The translations under genes and the position numbers were made by a program. Below are positions 13,129-24,726 of a DNA stretch of 64,000 bases, one piece after another. The DNA comes from Hyphochytrium catenoides (taxonomy: Eukaryota; Protista; Hyphochytriomycota): contig FLMG01002723.1 in the NCBI GenBank assembly GCA_900088475.1, positions 1 through 64,000 on the forward strand, written 5' to 3'. Numbering within the stretch: position 1 is the first letter of the stretch; every line of letters starts with the position of its first letter. The notes below the pieces were generated by a model that was given only the letters and a program-made list of their open reading frames with translations, was not told the DNA's origin and searched no databases.

Positions 13129-15629
13129 ATGGGGTTTCGCTGGTCAACGTTGCTACTTACTTTAGCGGCCACGGTGTTGCCAGTCTCCTGTGCGGAACGA
13201 CAACCGTCAGCTTCAATCCGAGGTAAGGCCCGCTCGCTCTCGCTCTATACTGGGACTTTGGTCTCTAATATAACCACCGAAGGCCTCCAGTCTGCCGAAC
13301 TGGATCAGAGCGGCCCTTTCCACTCAGCACTGCAGCAGACGATAGAGGTCCTCAACCTACAGAAAGAAGCCGAGGGCGACAGTGCAGTGTATGAGGCTGG
13401 CAGCATCACTGGCGGAACAGTCCATGCTCAAGAAGACGGAAATAGGTTCATATCTGCTCATAAGTGCTTCTCTTTCTCCCTCAGAAGCCTTTTCCATCCA
13501 TAGATCTCCTATGGGTTCTTGGCTTGCCGAGGCCGTTGACTTGTCTCTGTAGTCTCCCTCTGCCGCTCCTGGCTCTCCACTATGCGCTCTCAATCTCTCG
13601 GCCAGCCTCCATCCTTGCGCTATGACTAACATACTCTTGGGTACCAGATTTGTCCTCTTTGCCTTTGTGAAGGACTTACAGACTGAGGAGACCGCCGAGT
13701 ATCATATTGTTACCAAGTGCTTCTTCAACCGCCCTGCGCCATCATGTGTGGCGCAGAGCATGAAGCCTTTGAAGGCTAACATACAACAACCCCAAGATGC
13801 TGTTGTTGCTACCCCGGCACCAAAAGAGTCAGGTGCGAGAAATCGAGCCCTTTTCTCTATTGCTTGCTTACTAGGATATTGTCATCTCCTACAATGTTGC
13901 CGCCTCTAATTCAGCGCTTACTCCTGTTGGCGTGGTGATAGGTCATTGTCTGTCCTTCAGCCCATCTATTCTTGTCGGCGTTCGTCTATTTCTGACATTA
14001 TCTGCTGCCTCTCTGACTCCTCTATGACATGCAGGGCACGGGAGCACTCTCCTGCTTGCCATCGGCATTGCTTCAGGCGCAGCCGCTTTTCTGGTCATTG
14101 GAGCCATAGTCACTTCTGCGCCTCAGCGACGGCAGCTTGCGGAGGCTTTCGCAAAGCTACGAGGCAAAAGGAGACATTCCGACCTGGAGGAGGTGGAAAT
14201 CGAGTCTGCTCATGACGGGTCCATACATAAAGACAATTCAGACGGCCCTCCTTCCCGTGCGAGAGAGACGTTTCAAGACGCTTCTGACAACAATGCTCTC
14301 ATCATCAACGACAAGGAGAGACCCCAACACTCCTCATCTCCTCCCAAAAAGAAGATTGAGCTCTCCCTAGTGGCAGGTCAGGTGCACGGCACCCCCAAAC
14401 CCTTGGGATTGCATGATAGCTCTGCCGATGCTGGAACACTATTGTACAAGAACCAAACCGCCATCCTCTCGCCGGGCAAGAAAGCTCTCATCCTCGCTTC
14501 AGCGAAGGATGCCAGACTTCTGTCTCCAGTCGACAAAAGAAAGCAAATGCTATCACCTAAGAAGACTTCGGACCGGCCGTCTGCCAAAGGGAGCGAAGAA
14601 GCCGCTTCGCACCTGCCAGATGGTCTTCTGTCCTCGCTGGCTATAGCAGATCCCTCGACCGAGGAGTATGAGAAATTTTTGCACCACCTAAGGACCTCTG
14701 GATTGGACCTTATTAGGGTGAGGTTCTGTCTTCAATTATGCAGCTCTCTCTACTTCTACACCCATGACCTCGTTAAGGCTGAGATTCCTCCGCTCTCACA
14801 TTCGACGTGATTACCTATCTCTTACGCTTCTTCTCCTTCCCTCTCCACCGTCTGGTAGCATCGTCGCAACAAGAAAGTCAAGCGTATCAATCTTACTGCT
14901 GATGTGGGCCTGAATAAGCTCACTTGGGGGAAGAAGAAGCATAAGAAAGGCTCTAAGGTCAAGGAGATGAAGGCTGTCTGCAGAGGCCTCTCCACGGGAG
15001 TCTTTGAGAAGACAGGAGATAAAACAAAGGAAGCAGTCTATTTCTCTCTCATTTTCCCTGATACCTCACTTGACTTCGAAGTTACGTTGGCACAGGAAGC
15101 GGCATACTATGCGGGCTGTTTCAATAGGCTCATTCAGAGCCAAGAGCAAGCTATCCAACAAGGCGCCCAACCAGTCCTCTCTCCTCGGTCCTTAGAGGGC
15201 ACGGACAGTCAGCAGAGCCATCAGAGGGTAGAACATACTGATTTAGAGAAGAAGAGACGAGCGTCTCACTGCCTTCCTAAGGGCTTTGATGCGTTCGTCT
15301 CACTCCTTACCGCTCCTGAAGGGAGACCAGTGAAGAAACACCCCAGGCATGGAGAGCCAGAGGACAGAGTTCTCAAGCTGGACAGTTCTATGAAGCATCT
15401 TATCTGGTGTGATGGAGAAGGCAGCAAGAAGCACAGCATCCCAGTACTTAGCATTACTGAGGTGAAGCACGGACGGAGTACACAGGTGCTAGAGAAGACT
15501 GGAACATCAGAACGTGATCATCTCTACTTTTCCATTGTCTCGGAGTCAAGGACTTTGGACTTAGAGGTCTCAAGCAAAGAGGAGAGAGACTTTCTCGTAG
15601 CAGGATTTTCAACCCTCATCGAGTTAGCG
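13129..15629 (+). CDS. Type-I single-pass membrane protein: signal peptide, small ectodomain, TM helix, disordered linker, two tandem PH domains (3' end in the assembly gap)
   Basis: Signal peptide MGFRWSTLLLTLAATVLPVSCA. In-phase splices GNR|FVLFAFV (~13446-13648), KESG|HGSTLLLAIGIASGAAAFLVIGAIV (TM, then RRQ..KLRGKRR) and LIR|HRRNKKVKR. PH1 is LTWG..VKEMKAVCRG.STGVF..YFSLIF..SLDFEV. PH2 is KHPRHG..RVLKLD..LIW..SITEVKHGRST..YFSIVS..RTLDLEVSSKEERDFLVAGF. Confidence 0.75.
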
Positions 15630-15686
15630 NNNNNNNNNNNNNNNNNNNNNNNNNNNNNNNNNNNNNNNNNNNNNNNNNNNNNNNNN
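15630..15686. other. Assembly gap (57 N)
   Basis: Run of n in the sequence. Confidence 1.
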
Positions 15687-16741
15687 CACCGCATTTGTTA
15701 TCTACTATTTGTCACTCTGTGAGGGAGGTCTGTCAAGAACAACTACTGTCGATACTCTAATCTAATCAAAACACTTCTCCACGAGCATGGTACGCTTTCT
15801 GTTCCATCATAATATGCAAGGCAACCCTTGACTGGCTCTTCTATTGCTTGAGTTCCCGGAAGGCGTCTGCCCTTCCTACACTCTGTCTCTTCTGTACTAA
15901 GCTATTACCCTCCTCCCAAGCCATGCCCCTACCTCAGCATCTCTCTGAGTCTCCCTTCCTCTAATATCCCCATGCTAAGTGCGCTACCCAGTCCTTTATC
16001 CTATCCTCTTCGCTTTGGTCTGTCCTTCCGATTGTTTCGAAGAGTCCTATGTCACATGTAGCTGCCAGCCTTCTATAATGCTCAGAGGAGCGCATCTAAC
16101 TATCGGCCACACGGAGTAGTCTATTACGGCCAAGGGGACCACCGTCCAGTCATCTGTGAAAACTTTTTGCCTTCAAGAGGATCAGCAGATACTCTCACGT
16201 AGGCCTGTTTGAAGGATGTGGCCAGGAAGTGAGGTCAAGCGAAGCACAGGTTAACAAGATCATCAAGACTGCAGCGCCATACAAAGAACTAAGACCCCAC
16301 CGAATACCAGATCACACTTAAAACACTAAGGCGATGAGGCTAGTAGCAAGCTGAATATTCTAGATGTGGAGGAAGCGCCAAAGACAGATGAGTCGGTTAG
16401 GCTGCCAAAGGATTGGCTCGGTGACTGAAGCTCCGACCTCCCAGTTGGCTGCCCGCAGCTGGTCGCGGCCCTGGCGCCAGAGGCATGAGAACCAGACAGA
16501 GCCATCTTCTTACAGCTGGGATGAACCCAATTTAAATCATGTCGAAAACCAAACCCTCATGACTTTACCTCGAACTAGGCGATCCTGAGATGAATAAAAT
16601 GGTGATTACATTCAGATCTGTAGGAGGTCTTGGACCTTCTGGGAAAGGAGAGAGAAAAGGTTTGTAACGGCCGTGGGAGGAAGAGAAGGATTGTCCGTCA
16701 CGGGCTTCAGCAGCAAGGGAGCGGGACCGACAATGGCGCCC

Positions 16742-16742
16742 A

Positions 16743-16774
<32 letters not shown>

Positions 16775-16870
16775 AGAGAGAGAGAGAGAGAAAGATATAG
16801 AGAGAGAGACACAGAGAGACACAGAGAGAGAGACAGAGAGAGAGAGAAGAGAGAGTGATGATGATGATGA
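16742..16870. repeat. (GA)n microsatellite followed by short (TGA)n
   Basis: Directly visible imperfect AG dinucleotide tract. Confidence 0.95.
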
Positions 16871-17306
16871 AAGAGAGGAGTTGAAGGAGAAGAGAAAGTG
16901 AGAGGTCGAGTAAGAGAGGGAAAGCCTCGGGAAGGAGGCCTCTTTGTCATGAAGAGAAAGACAAGAGTAAACAGCGGAAAGGAAAATAGAAGAGTATTTG
17001 ACGGAGAGAATGGTGCAGTGTAAGGCAATGGATGAAGAGAGAAGAGAGATAGGGAGGTCAATATGAGCAGAAGGGGAACAAAGGCAAGGGAAGCTTCTGA
17101 TTAGCCTTCGACTAGCTCGCCCTCTTAGTTCCTACCTTATGGTGCCTGATCATCAAGCAACCTTTCCAGAGAATCCTGTCACATCTTTGCTTTGCTAGTG
17201 TTTTCACTGTTGCCGACCGCCAGGCAGAATGCTATAGCCATTGCCGGAGAAAACTGCATCACCTCACCTCACTAACCGCCAAGTAAACTGCAGCTCCTCT
17301 TGCGCA

Positions 17307-19876
17307 ATGTCTGAAGCTATGACGAGCCAGACAGTGGTTGATATAAACGCTCTAAGACGTAAGTGAGCTAAGCAATGACGCTCAATGGCTGGGCTCTAAC
17401 GCTTCTTCCCATCGGGTCACATTATCTTCGGCCAAACAGAGGCATTCGATGCCTTTGATCCCGAGCAGACGAATGCCGTCAACATTAGCGACCTGGAAAG
17501 CATCTGTGTCGCTGTCAATAAGACCAAGGAAGATGGTAACCACCTTGGAAATTTCGATACGTTCTCTGAATCTTTGTTATTCAGTCTTCGCTTGATTCCC
17601 ATCATCTCAGTCTTTACCGGCTTATTGGGTCTTCCTCGCGTTTTCTACACTGTGGCATTTCTATGCCCTCGCCCACAGTCAATCTTCCTGGACGAACACT
17701 TTAGACGCCGTTACCTCTTTGGTTGGGTCCCTCGGTGTTCGCTGTTTATCTTCTCAATCTGTTTCTCTCCTCTTTGCCTCTCGGTTATTGATCCTGCTCG
17801 TCCAGTCACGATAATGCTTTCGAGAGGCAGAAGTCTACTAGAGCGCGATGACGGGAAGATCACGTTTGAGGAACTATTGGAGATGCTAAAGCTTGTCTCC
17901 GACGGTATAATAGATGCTTTGCATGTCACACTTTCTCTTAGTGGTAGGTGGATTCTTACTCTTGCCTTTAGAACCCCAGGGATACGACCCAGACCCAAAA
18001 GTGGTTGAGTTCCTGGGCATTCTAGAGCAGTACCGAGAGAAATGTGAAAGTGAAGGCAATTACTTGGAAGCTGCAAAGGCCGACGAGCAGCTGAAGACAT
18101 TGAAAAAGCAGGTGCGCTGACTTTGTCTGCCGCGGTAGAAACGTCAAAATAGCTCACTTGGCTTCACTCTTTCTTTTCTCACTTCACCTTCGATTGCCGG
18201 CATGCCATCGTTTAGGAGGAGAAGCGCCGGATCAAGTCCTTGAAGGCGAAACAGATCTCCGAACGCCAGGATGTACAGATAGCGCATAACATGCAATTCC
18301 AAGGTACCGGCTTACTTTTAGAAGTTCAGAGCCAAGCAAGAGGAGGGAAGGGGAAAGACCATGTGGAGAGGCTAGTCTGCTTATTCATCGGCCTCCCAAA
18401 ACCACCTCTCCCCTCAACGTGGCCTACATCCTTCTTATCCTTGGTCGGGTCCTCCTGTCCTCTTCTGTTCGGATTGAAAAGGCTTTGCACTTGCAGGCGT
18501 TGTGGCATTTATCTTTGTCAAATTTCCGATATCCCCTCCCCTAACTTCCAGCCCAATCTGACCATTCCTCCCCGAACTCTACTGACTCGATTGCTTCATT
18601 AGAGTTCAATAATGCCTGGGATAACTATATGACTGAGTTTGATACAATGGCACAAGTCTACGTGTTGCAAATGCAGGAGAAGCATAAGAATGAGCTAGAG
18701 GAGATACAGCACAAGCTCCAGCAAGAGGTCCGATTGAGCCGCTTGGTGGCCTTACAATGTCCCCAGATGTCATATCTTCTCCTTGAGACGTACTTTGCCT
18801 TCGCTAGCTTTCTCAATCATTCTTTCACCACCTTCCTTACATATGGACGTGCTTCGCCTAAGGTGCTTTTTTCAAGTTCTATCTCTTTATGGGTGTTCTA
18901 GTCTCCTACCTTGCTTCCCACCTGGTTCTCGTTGCTTGGCGCCTTCCTCCTGAGTGACTTTGGTTCTCACGCCTTCATTGTATAACTTTCTTCTCCTGCC
19001 GCACAGATTCTTGAGCGACCTCCCAAGTTCTCTAAAGAGCTTCTTGAATGGAGGAGGAGAGAACAGCTATTTGCCCGGCAAAAGAACTATGCAGAGGCAC
19101 AGCGGATAAAGAAGATTGCTGATGCCCTGGAGGAGAAAGAGCTTGATGACTTCAATAACGAAAATTCACAGATATTTGCAAGGAAAGAGGTAAGAGCAGT
19201 CTTCTGAGGCTTGTAATAGAGGAACATATAGGGTGAGAAGCAACCGCGGAGGGAAAGGCCGGATGGAAGGTGGTCAAAGGCGAAAGGGTTGGGTTTGGAG
19301 GTATCGAGAGCTCACCGTGCTAGAAGAAATAAGAGTCACAATCGGGTGTCGCACAGGCCAAAGCACGACAGAAGCAGCAGACAGAAATGGCCGCACTTCT
19401 TAAGCGTATCGATGCTCGACGGAAGGAGCATACCAAGCAGAGAACTCTGGATTCCAAGAGGTATTACTGCTAGTTTCCAACTGGGGGTAGAATTCTCTCA
19501 TGTCTTTGGCGTTTCTAGGCTGCTGCAGCGTAACCGTAATGTGCAGGCCGTGCTGGAGTCCAAGCAGGTAAGCTGGTGCCCTCATTCTCACCTACTGTTA
19601 GCCCGCTAGACATAGGAACGAAAGAAGGCAGTCTTTCCTCGATTTGATAACCCGTATCAATCTATCTTGCTCTTCTTTTCCTCTCTCTCCAAGTGTCATC
19701 TTCCCTACGGACCCGTGTTCATTACTGATACCAGCTCCCTTTAGGCGGTGGAAGGCCAGAAGCACATCGCCCAGATTAAAGGCGATCTTCTCCCTAAAAG
19801 AGGTGTGTCAAGCACAGCGGTAGATCTCTCCAACGTCAGCACGAAGCTTAGCGCACTTACACCGCCCAGCAAGTAG
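17307..19876 (+). CDS. EF-hand pair plus conserved protist coiled-coil protein (multi-exon)
   Basis: Spliced product: MSEAMTSQTVVDINALR|QAFDAFDPEQTNAVNISDL (EF-hand)..ERDDGKITFEELLEML (EF-hand)..EQYREKCESEGNYLEAAKADEQL..AHNMQFQEFNNAWDNYMTEFD..PPKFSKELLEWRRREQLFARQKNYAEAQRIK..RLLQRNRNV..PPSK, stop 19874-19876. Confidence 0.8.
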
Positions 19877-20706
19877 TAGCTCCTCTGTATCACCTAGCAA
19901 ACCTGAAAAAGACTTTTCCAAAGCAAGGGCTCTCACCGTCTTCCGGCCGACAAATCGAGGAAACAATGTGGCATTCATTGTAGAGTATCATCCAAACTCT
20001 TATTTAACGTAGCTCTATCTTTCACCTTAACTGTCATTCTAAAAAGAGTCTGCTAAAGCAAGCAAGGGAAACGCCAGTCTGCGTAGAAGGTCCTCCATAC
20101 AGTCTGGTGCTGCATGCACGGGTCTGCCTCTACTTGCGCTGAAAAGACGGCCGTACACCCTGTCAGAAAGAAGGAATCTTGAGATCTAATAGAGATCTGA
20201 AGAAGCTTCAGAATCCTGAAAGTCCGAAAGTTCCAAAGCCAATCTTTCATGTTTTCTGGGTGGGAGACAGAACTGGATTCCCGCAATAATATAATGGCGT
20301 TTTCCACCACCCACGGAAATGTTTCCAGGAATCTTTGATGGGAAGCTTTCGATAATCTTTGAAGTGGCACACACACTTCACTTCAAGAAACTGCTGATTG
20401 TGAACAGTTTGAGTGCCTCGGTACATCACCGTTCTTTCCTTTTCAAGCGAGCAAAGACGCAGGAGCAGCACAGAGTCAAGCTTTAGGAAGAACAGGGAAC
20501 TCTTCCTTCAGCGTGCTTTTGGCGGAAGAAGAGGTCATATCAAGCCTGTAAATCTTAGCTGTTCGGGCTGTAGTGAGGTCATTTCAAGGCGTCGTGTAGC
20601 TGGTGTTCGTTGGAGACCTACCCTCGTCGTGGTTAAAACTCCTCCAGTTGGAGAGCGAAAGACCTACCATTGCTTGGTGATCAGGGAAATACTTGTTTCT
20701 GGGGCC

Positions 20707-21248
20707 ATGCTGAGGTCATGTCTTCGAGTCATTAGACCCTCTGTCAGTTTCCAGGGCCGAAGAGCCCTCTCCAGCAGCAAAGAGGTAGAAGGGCCAATCC
20801 ATGTACTCAGCGAGAGAGTGATGTCCCGAGGGTTTGAGCCTTCGGTCGACCGCATCATGGAAGAGGTGAGAATGGGCTCTATAGCCTGGGAACTATCAAA
20901 CTGGGATTTTTGGAATTCTAGCTTCTGCTCTCGTTAATCCTCTCCTTCTAGGTACAGGAGAGGGTTACTTCTTCGCCTGGACTCCTCTGGGTGGAGACAC
21001 TTCGAGACTCTGAAGACCATCACAAGTACATAGTCCTATCAAAGGTAAGCAAGAAGTAGACAGTCGACCCCGGCTCATCCTTGTTAATCAACTTTATCTA
21101 TTAGTGGCAATCCAAGCGTCACTACGATGAGTGGCTGAAGTCGGATACATATAAGGAATGCACTGCCCAGATCGATGAAGTGCTTGACCTCCCTGGGAAA
21201 AAGACACGGATCTTCTCAGAAGATCATGACGATATCTTTTTGCTCTAG
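20707..21248 (+). CDS. Antibiotic biosynthesis monooxygenase (ABM)-like protein with mitochondrial presequence, 3 exons
   Basis: Presequence MLRSCLRVIRPSVSFQGRRALSS. Mature part IHVLSERVMSRGFEPSVDRIMEE|VQERVTSSPGLLWVETLRDSEDHHKYIVLSK|WQSKRHYDEWLKSDTYK fits the ABM dimeric alpha/beta-barrel pattern (PG..., y.v.s.W.s...f..w..S). Stop TAG 21246-21248. Confidence 0.72.
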
Positions 21249-21351
21249 TACATATAAGGAATGCACTGCACAGATCGATGAAGTGCTTGACCTCCCTGGA
21301 AAAAAGACACGGATCTTCTCAGAAGATCATGACAATATCTTTTTGCTCTAG
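21146..21351 (+). repeat. 103-bp tandem duplication of the 3' end of the ABM gene
   Basis: 21146-21248 is repeated at 21249-21351 with three substitutions (GCC>GCA, GGG>GGA, GAT>AAT). Confidence 0.95.
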
Positions 21352-21387
21352 CCCTGGCTTCACCTCATCCTGTGGTCAGTGCCACAA

Positions 21388-22574
21388 CTATTTTTCGGCT
21401 TTAGATCTAGCACGAAAGCGATCATAATAGCGTACAAGCTGATCGCCAAAAAGCTCAGGAGTAGACTCAGGCAACTCCATCAACAGCTTTCCTGTGAGAG
21501 AAGCATTGGATCAGTAAAATGTCATTATCTTGAGTATGTGTGTATCTCATCACCTGGTTTGCCTGAAACACGACTGAATGGTGGAATGACGGCATCTGGG
21601 GGCACGACTGTGTCGTCATCGATGTAGCAGCAATCATGAATAACAGCTCGCTTTGACTGTTGAAGAGGTAATGTTAGACAGCACAAACTATGCGAGGAGA
21701 TCAGCGGTGAAAGGTAGTGAGGCTGAGATGTCTCTTGAAAAGAAGGTGCAGTGGTGGGGATGGGTGCAGAGCGAAAAAACACCACGCCCGTCGTTTTTAG
21801 AGAGAGCTCGCAACATCAAGCAAGAGTAAAGACTCATAGAATGACTGCTTACTATGACGCAGTTGCGACCGATTTGTACGGAGCAGCCAATGCTAGCCGC
21901 CTCAACGATACTTTGGGCACCAATGTAGACGTTGTCACCAATGGATTGGGGAAAGAATGCAAAGCCACTGCGGACAATAAAGAACGAAGGGGAGCAAAGA
22001 GAGTCAGGGATCCAGGCCCAGGCAGACGCTTTACACTGGAGGTGCCCGTCGGAAAGAGTGTCATAGAGAGTAAATTCCAGCTAATAACCTTTCAAAGAAT
22101 CCTACCTACCCTTTGAAGATCTTGTAGGGAGGCCGAAGCACACAATCCTCTTGTATGACGCAGTAACGTCCCATGCTCACCCGCGCTAGGTCACCCCGGA
22201 TGATGACACCCGGCTTGATAATATTCTGACCAATTTTGTCCAGAAGGCCAAGAACATTGCGTTAGTTTAAAGGACCAAGACCGCCCTGATATGCACATAC
22301 CACCAGATGGAAACAGTACAGCCAAGGCGAGCAGGCAGTGGATTGATAACCTTCCCTATTTACCCATGTCCTAGTGCTTACCTTCCCATTTAGATGGATA
22401 TTTTGGCTGCCACAAAGGACAGATTTGCGGCTGACCTTGTTACCCGAAGTAGTCTCTATATAGTCCTCCCTAGCGATGTGCAGAAATATTAGACTACCGT
22501 CGGAAGAACAGGGCTATGCTGTGGCTGGCGTACTTGTTATAGAGAACCTCTGAGTTCTCTAGGTAAGGGTCCAT
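21388..22574 (-). CDS. DCTN5: Dynactin subunit 5 (p25), multi-exon
   Basis: [14 protein letters not shown]|[29 protein letters not shown]|[39 protein letters not shown]|..[30 protein letters not shown]|[34 protein letters not shown]|[17 protein letters not shown]..stop. This is the typical p25 left-handed beta-helix. Confidence 0.93.
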
Positions 22575-22960
22575 GAGTAAGGTCCACGCATTGGGCCCAG
22601 CCAGCTGACCGCGAGCACCACACTAGTAGGCGGAAGCCAAGAAGGCCTTCCAGTCCTGCTTCGTGCCCGCCCTCGTAGTGCAGCAGGCAGGCTAACACGT
22701 AACCCTTCCTTTTGGCGGTGATAAGTACAGAGAGTCCCAGAGTTTTCTACAGCCCCACTAAGACCGACCGCAGAGCTGGCGATGATGGAGTTCTTATGCC
22801 GTTAGTGCTTATCATAGGAGGAGAAGGCGTTGGTCTCTGCTATTGCTTCGTATCATTGGAGCTGCCTTCCTCGCCGTCTGACTCGCACGAATCCCTACGA
22901 ATACTGAGGCTGTTTCAGGCCGAATGTCAGGTGGCAAAAGGGCTAGAAAGTAGCATTAAC

Positions 22961-23018
22961 AGATTCTATGAGGCAAATTACCGAGACTAGATTCTATGAG
23001 GCAAATTACCGAGACTAG
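22961..23018 (+). repeat. Perfect 28-bp tandem duplication
   Basis: agattctatgaggcaaattaccgagact repeated twice, plus a trailing ag. Confidence 0.95.
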
Positions 23019-23215
23019 CTGTAGAAGGCATAGTAGTTTGGGAAATAGAGATGTCCAAACGCCCCCCACGACAGGGGATCAAGAAGTAAGATATTGTTCC
23101 TCAAACCTTCTCACAGACGGCGCTGATGATGTGGACTCATCACTGCTGCTGTTGAGCTCTTCGTCTCCTAGGATCGCGCATCACCTCGTGGGCACCACAA
23201 CCGAAGATTTGCTCT

Positions 23216-24058
23216 TTGTTCAGGCGCCTTCGGAAAGCGGCAGCAGATAAGGAGGTGACAAACTCCGGGCCCTGGTGGGGAGACTCGTTAGGCCAATACG
23301 TGAATATGAGCAGCCTTCTCTCATTCAAAGAGGCGGTGCTTGCTACTTATGGCGTTGTCAGTGCCATTCTCTTCGTGCACTATGCCTCTATGCCCCTAAA
23401 ACCGCCAGTGGAAAACCCCACGGAGCTCGATGACCTGAAGCAGGCCGTGGCAGTGACAATTGAGACGTGCCTCCTTGGTGGAATAGCCTATGATAACTTA
23501 ATCCTGAGCTTGGGCAGGATGATTAGAAAAGGGAAAGGGACAGCAGTGAAAGAGAGGAAAAGCAGCAAACCCAAGAAATGGCAACCAGATCTCCTGCGCC
23601 TCCTCTCTTGGCCCCGATTCTTTCTACATTCTGCGGTCCTCCCGTTCAATTTCCTTAGTCTGGCTATTATTGGCCAGCGTGAGGGTGTCATCTGGCTATC
23701 TGATAACAGTGTTATCGTAGCTATCGGGATAGCATCGGCAGCACTAAGTGCCTATGGCATATACGAGAGCTTCTATCTGAAGCTGATACTCTCAGAAAAA
23801 GGGATTGTCCGGTATCGCATTGATGGCCCCGGGGCCTTCGTTGGAGTAGCAGTGGCGATCGGGGTCACTATCTTCGCCATTCTGGTTGGAGGCTCAATCG
23901 CCTGGATGCACCCAAGGGACAGGAGCGTGTTATACGGAGGTATAGCTATGCTCTTATTAGCTTCTCTGCCAGAGCCACTGGCTCTCATTACGGCCAACCT
24001 TGGTGAGATCATCTTCATCACCACACAGATCGGAGCCCTGGTGGAGATTCACGCTTGA
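23216..24058 (+). CDS. Intronless polytopic membrane protein (about 7 TM) resembling an uncharacterised bacterial family; first ATG at 23306
   Basis: Uninterrupted 280-codon ORF with many hydrophobic segments. The motif GIAYDNLILSLGR..LLRLLSWPRFFLHSAVLP resembles a YDN..a.G..L..l..PRf.lHa..tP motif I recall from bacterial hypothetical membrane proteins. Confidence 0.7.
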   Translation: MFRRLRKAAADKEVTNSGPWWGDSLGQYVNMSSLLSFKEAVLATYGVVSAILFVHYASMPLKPPVENPTELDDLKQAVAVTIETCLLGGIAYDNLILSLGRMIRKGKGTAVKERKSSKPKKWQPDLLRLLSWPRFFLHSAVLPFNFLSLAIIGQREGVIWLSDNSVIVAIGIASAALSAYGIYESFYLKLILSEKGIVRYRIDGPGAFVGVAVAIGVTIFAILVGGSIAWMHPRDRSVLYGGIAMLLLASLPEPLALITANLGEIIFITTQIGALVEIHA

Positions 24059-24684
24059 CCATATGAGAAAAGTCTTCTTAGTAATGGCGGGACTTTACAG
24101 TCAAGGGCTGCTAGCCTCAGGCAACTGATAGAGTTCTCATGAGATTCTAGTAAGGCCTTTGTTACGTTGGTCCATCAAGAGACACGCGGTATCAACTAAG
24201 CCGGCATAGGAATGTATAAAGTAACTTATCGACTGCCCTTCAACCCACTTATTACCACCATCGAGATCTTGCTTCTTCTTGGTCCCCTGCGGCCTTCAGG
24301 ACTGCAGCGACCTGATAATGGATGCGGCCCCTTGTTTCCGTCTGGGGGCATCGTCGCTCTCTGTAGACAGTCTTTTGGGCAATCTACCATTTTCCCAACA
24401 GACTTCAAAAGTTAGAGTCATTGTTCTGCCGCCAGTATTATTAACCATCACGTGACCTGTGTACTCACACCGAGAGTGGCCGCTGACGACGGAATTTTTA
24501 CAGACTGATTTATAAGGAAGACCAAAGAAAGCAGTCCAACACGGGCATCCCTAAAGACGAACTACTATAGGTCGCCAAGCCCTCACACCATAGCTCTGCC
24601 TAGCTTGCAGCTTCGTCCCCTGCTGCCATCAGCAGCTGCTCCACAGTAGAATGGAGTTGAAGGTACGGTGAGCTGCATGAAACA

Positions 24685-24726
24685 TAATGTCAAGTGAGTA
24701 TAGTGTCTAATGTCAAGTGAGAATAG
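24685..24726 (+). repeat. Short imperfect tandem duplication (23-bp unit)
   Basis: taatgtcaagtgagtatagtgtc followed by taatgtcaagtgagaatag. Confidence 0.8.

Noticed and set aside
16565-17061. ORFs rich in SLSL/RERE
   Set aside because: Translations of the (GA)n microsatellite; the same applies to the ORFs at 25928-26449 and 35712-35951.
20053-20660. Overlapping minus-strand ORFs between the EF-hand and ABM genes
   Set aside because: No ATG-initiated coherent model or homology cue.
22961-23018. 28-bp direct repeat as a possible CRISPR-like array
   Set aside because: Only two adjacent copies with no spacer, in eukaryotic DNA with no cas genes.
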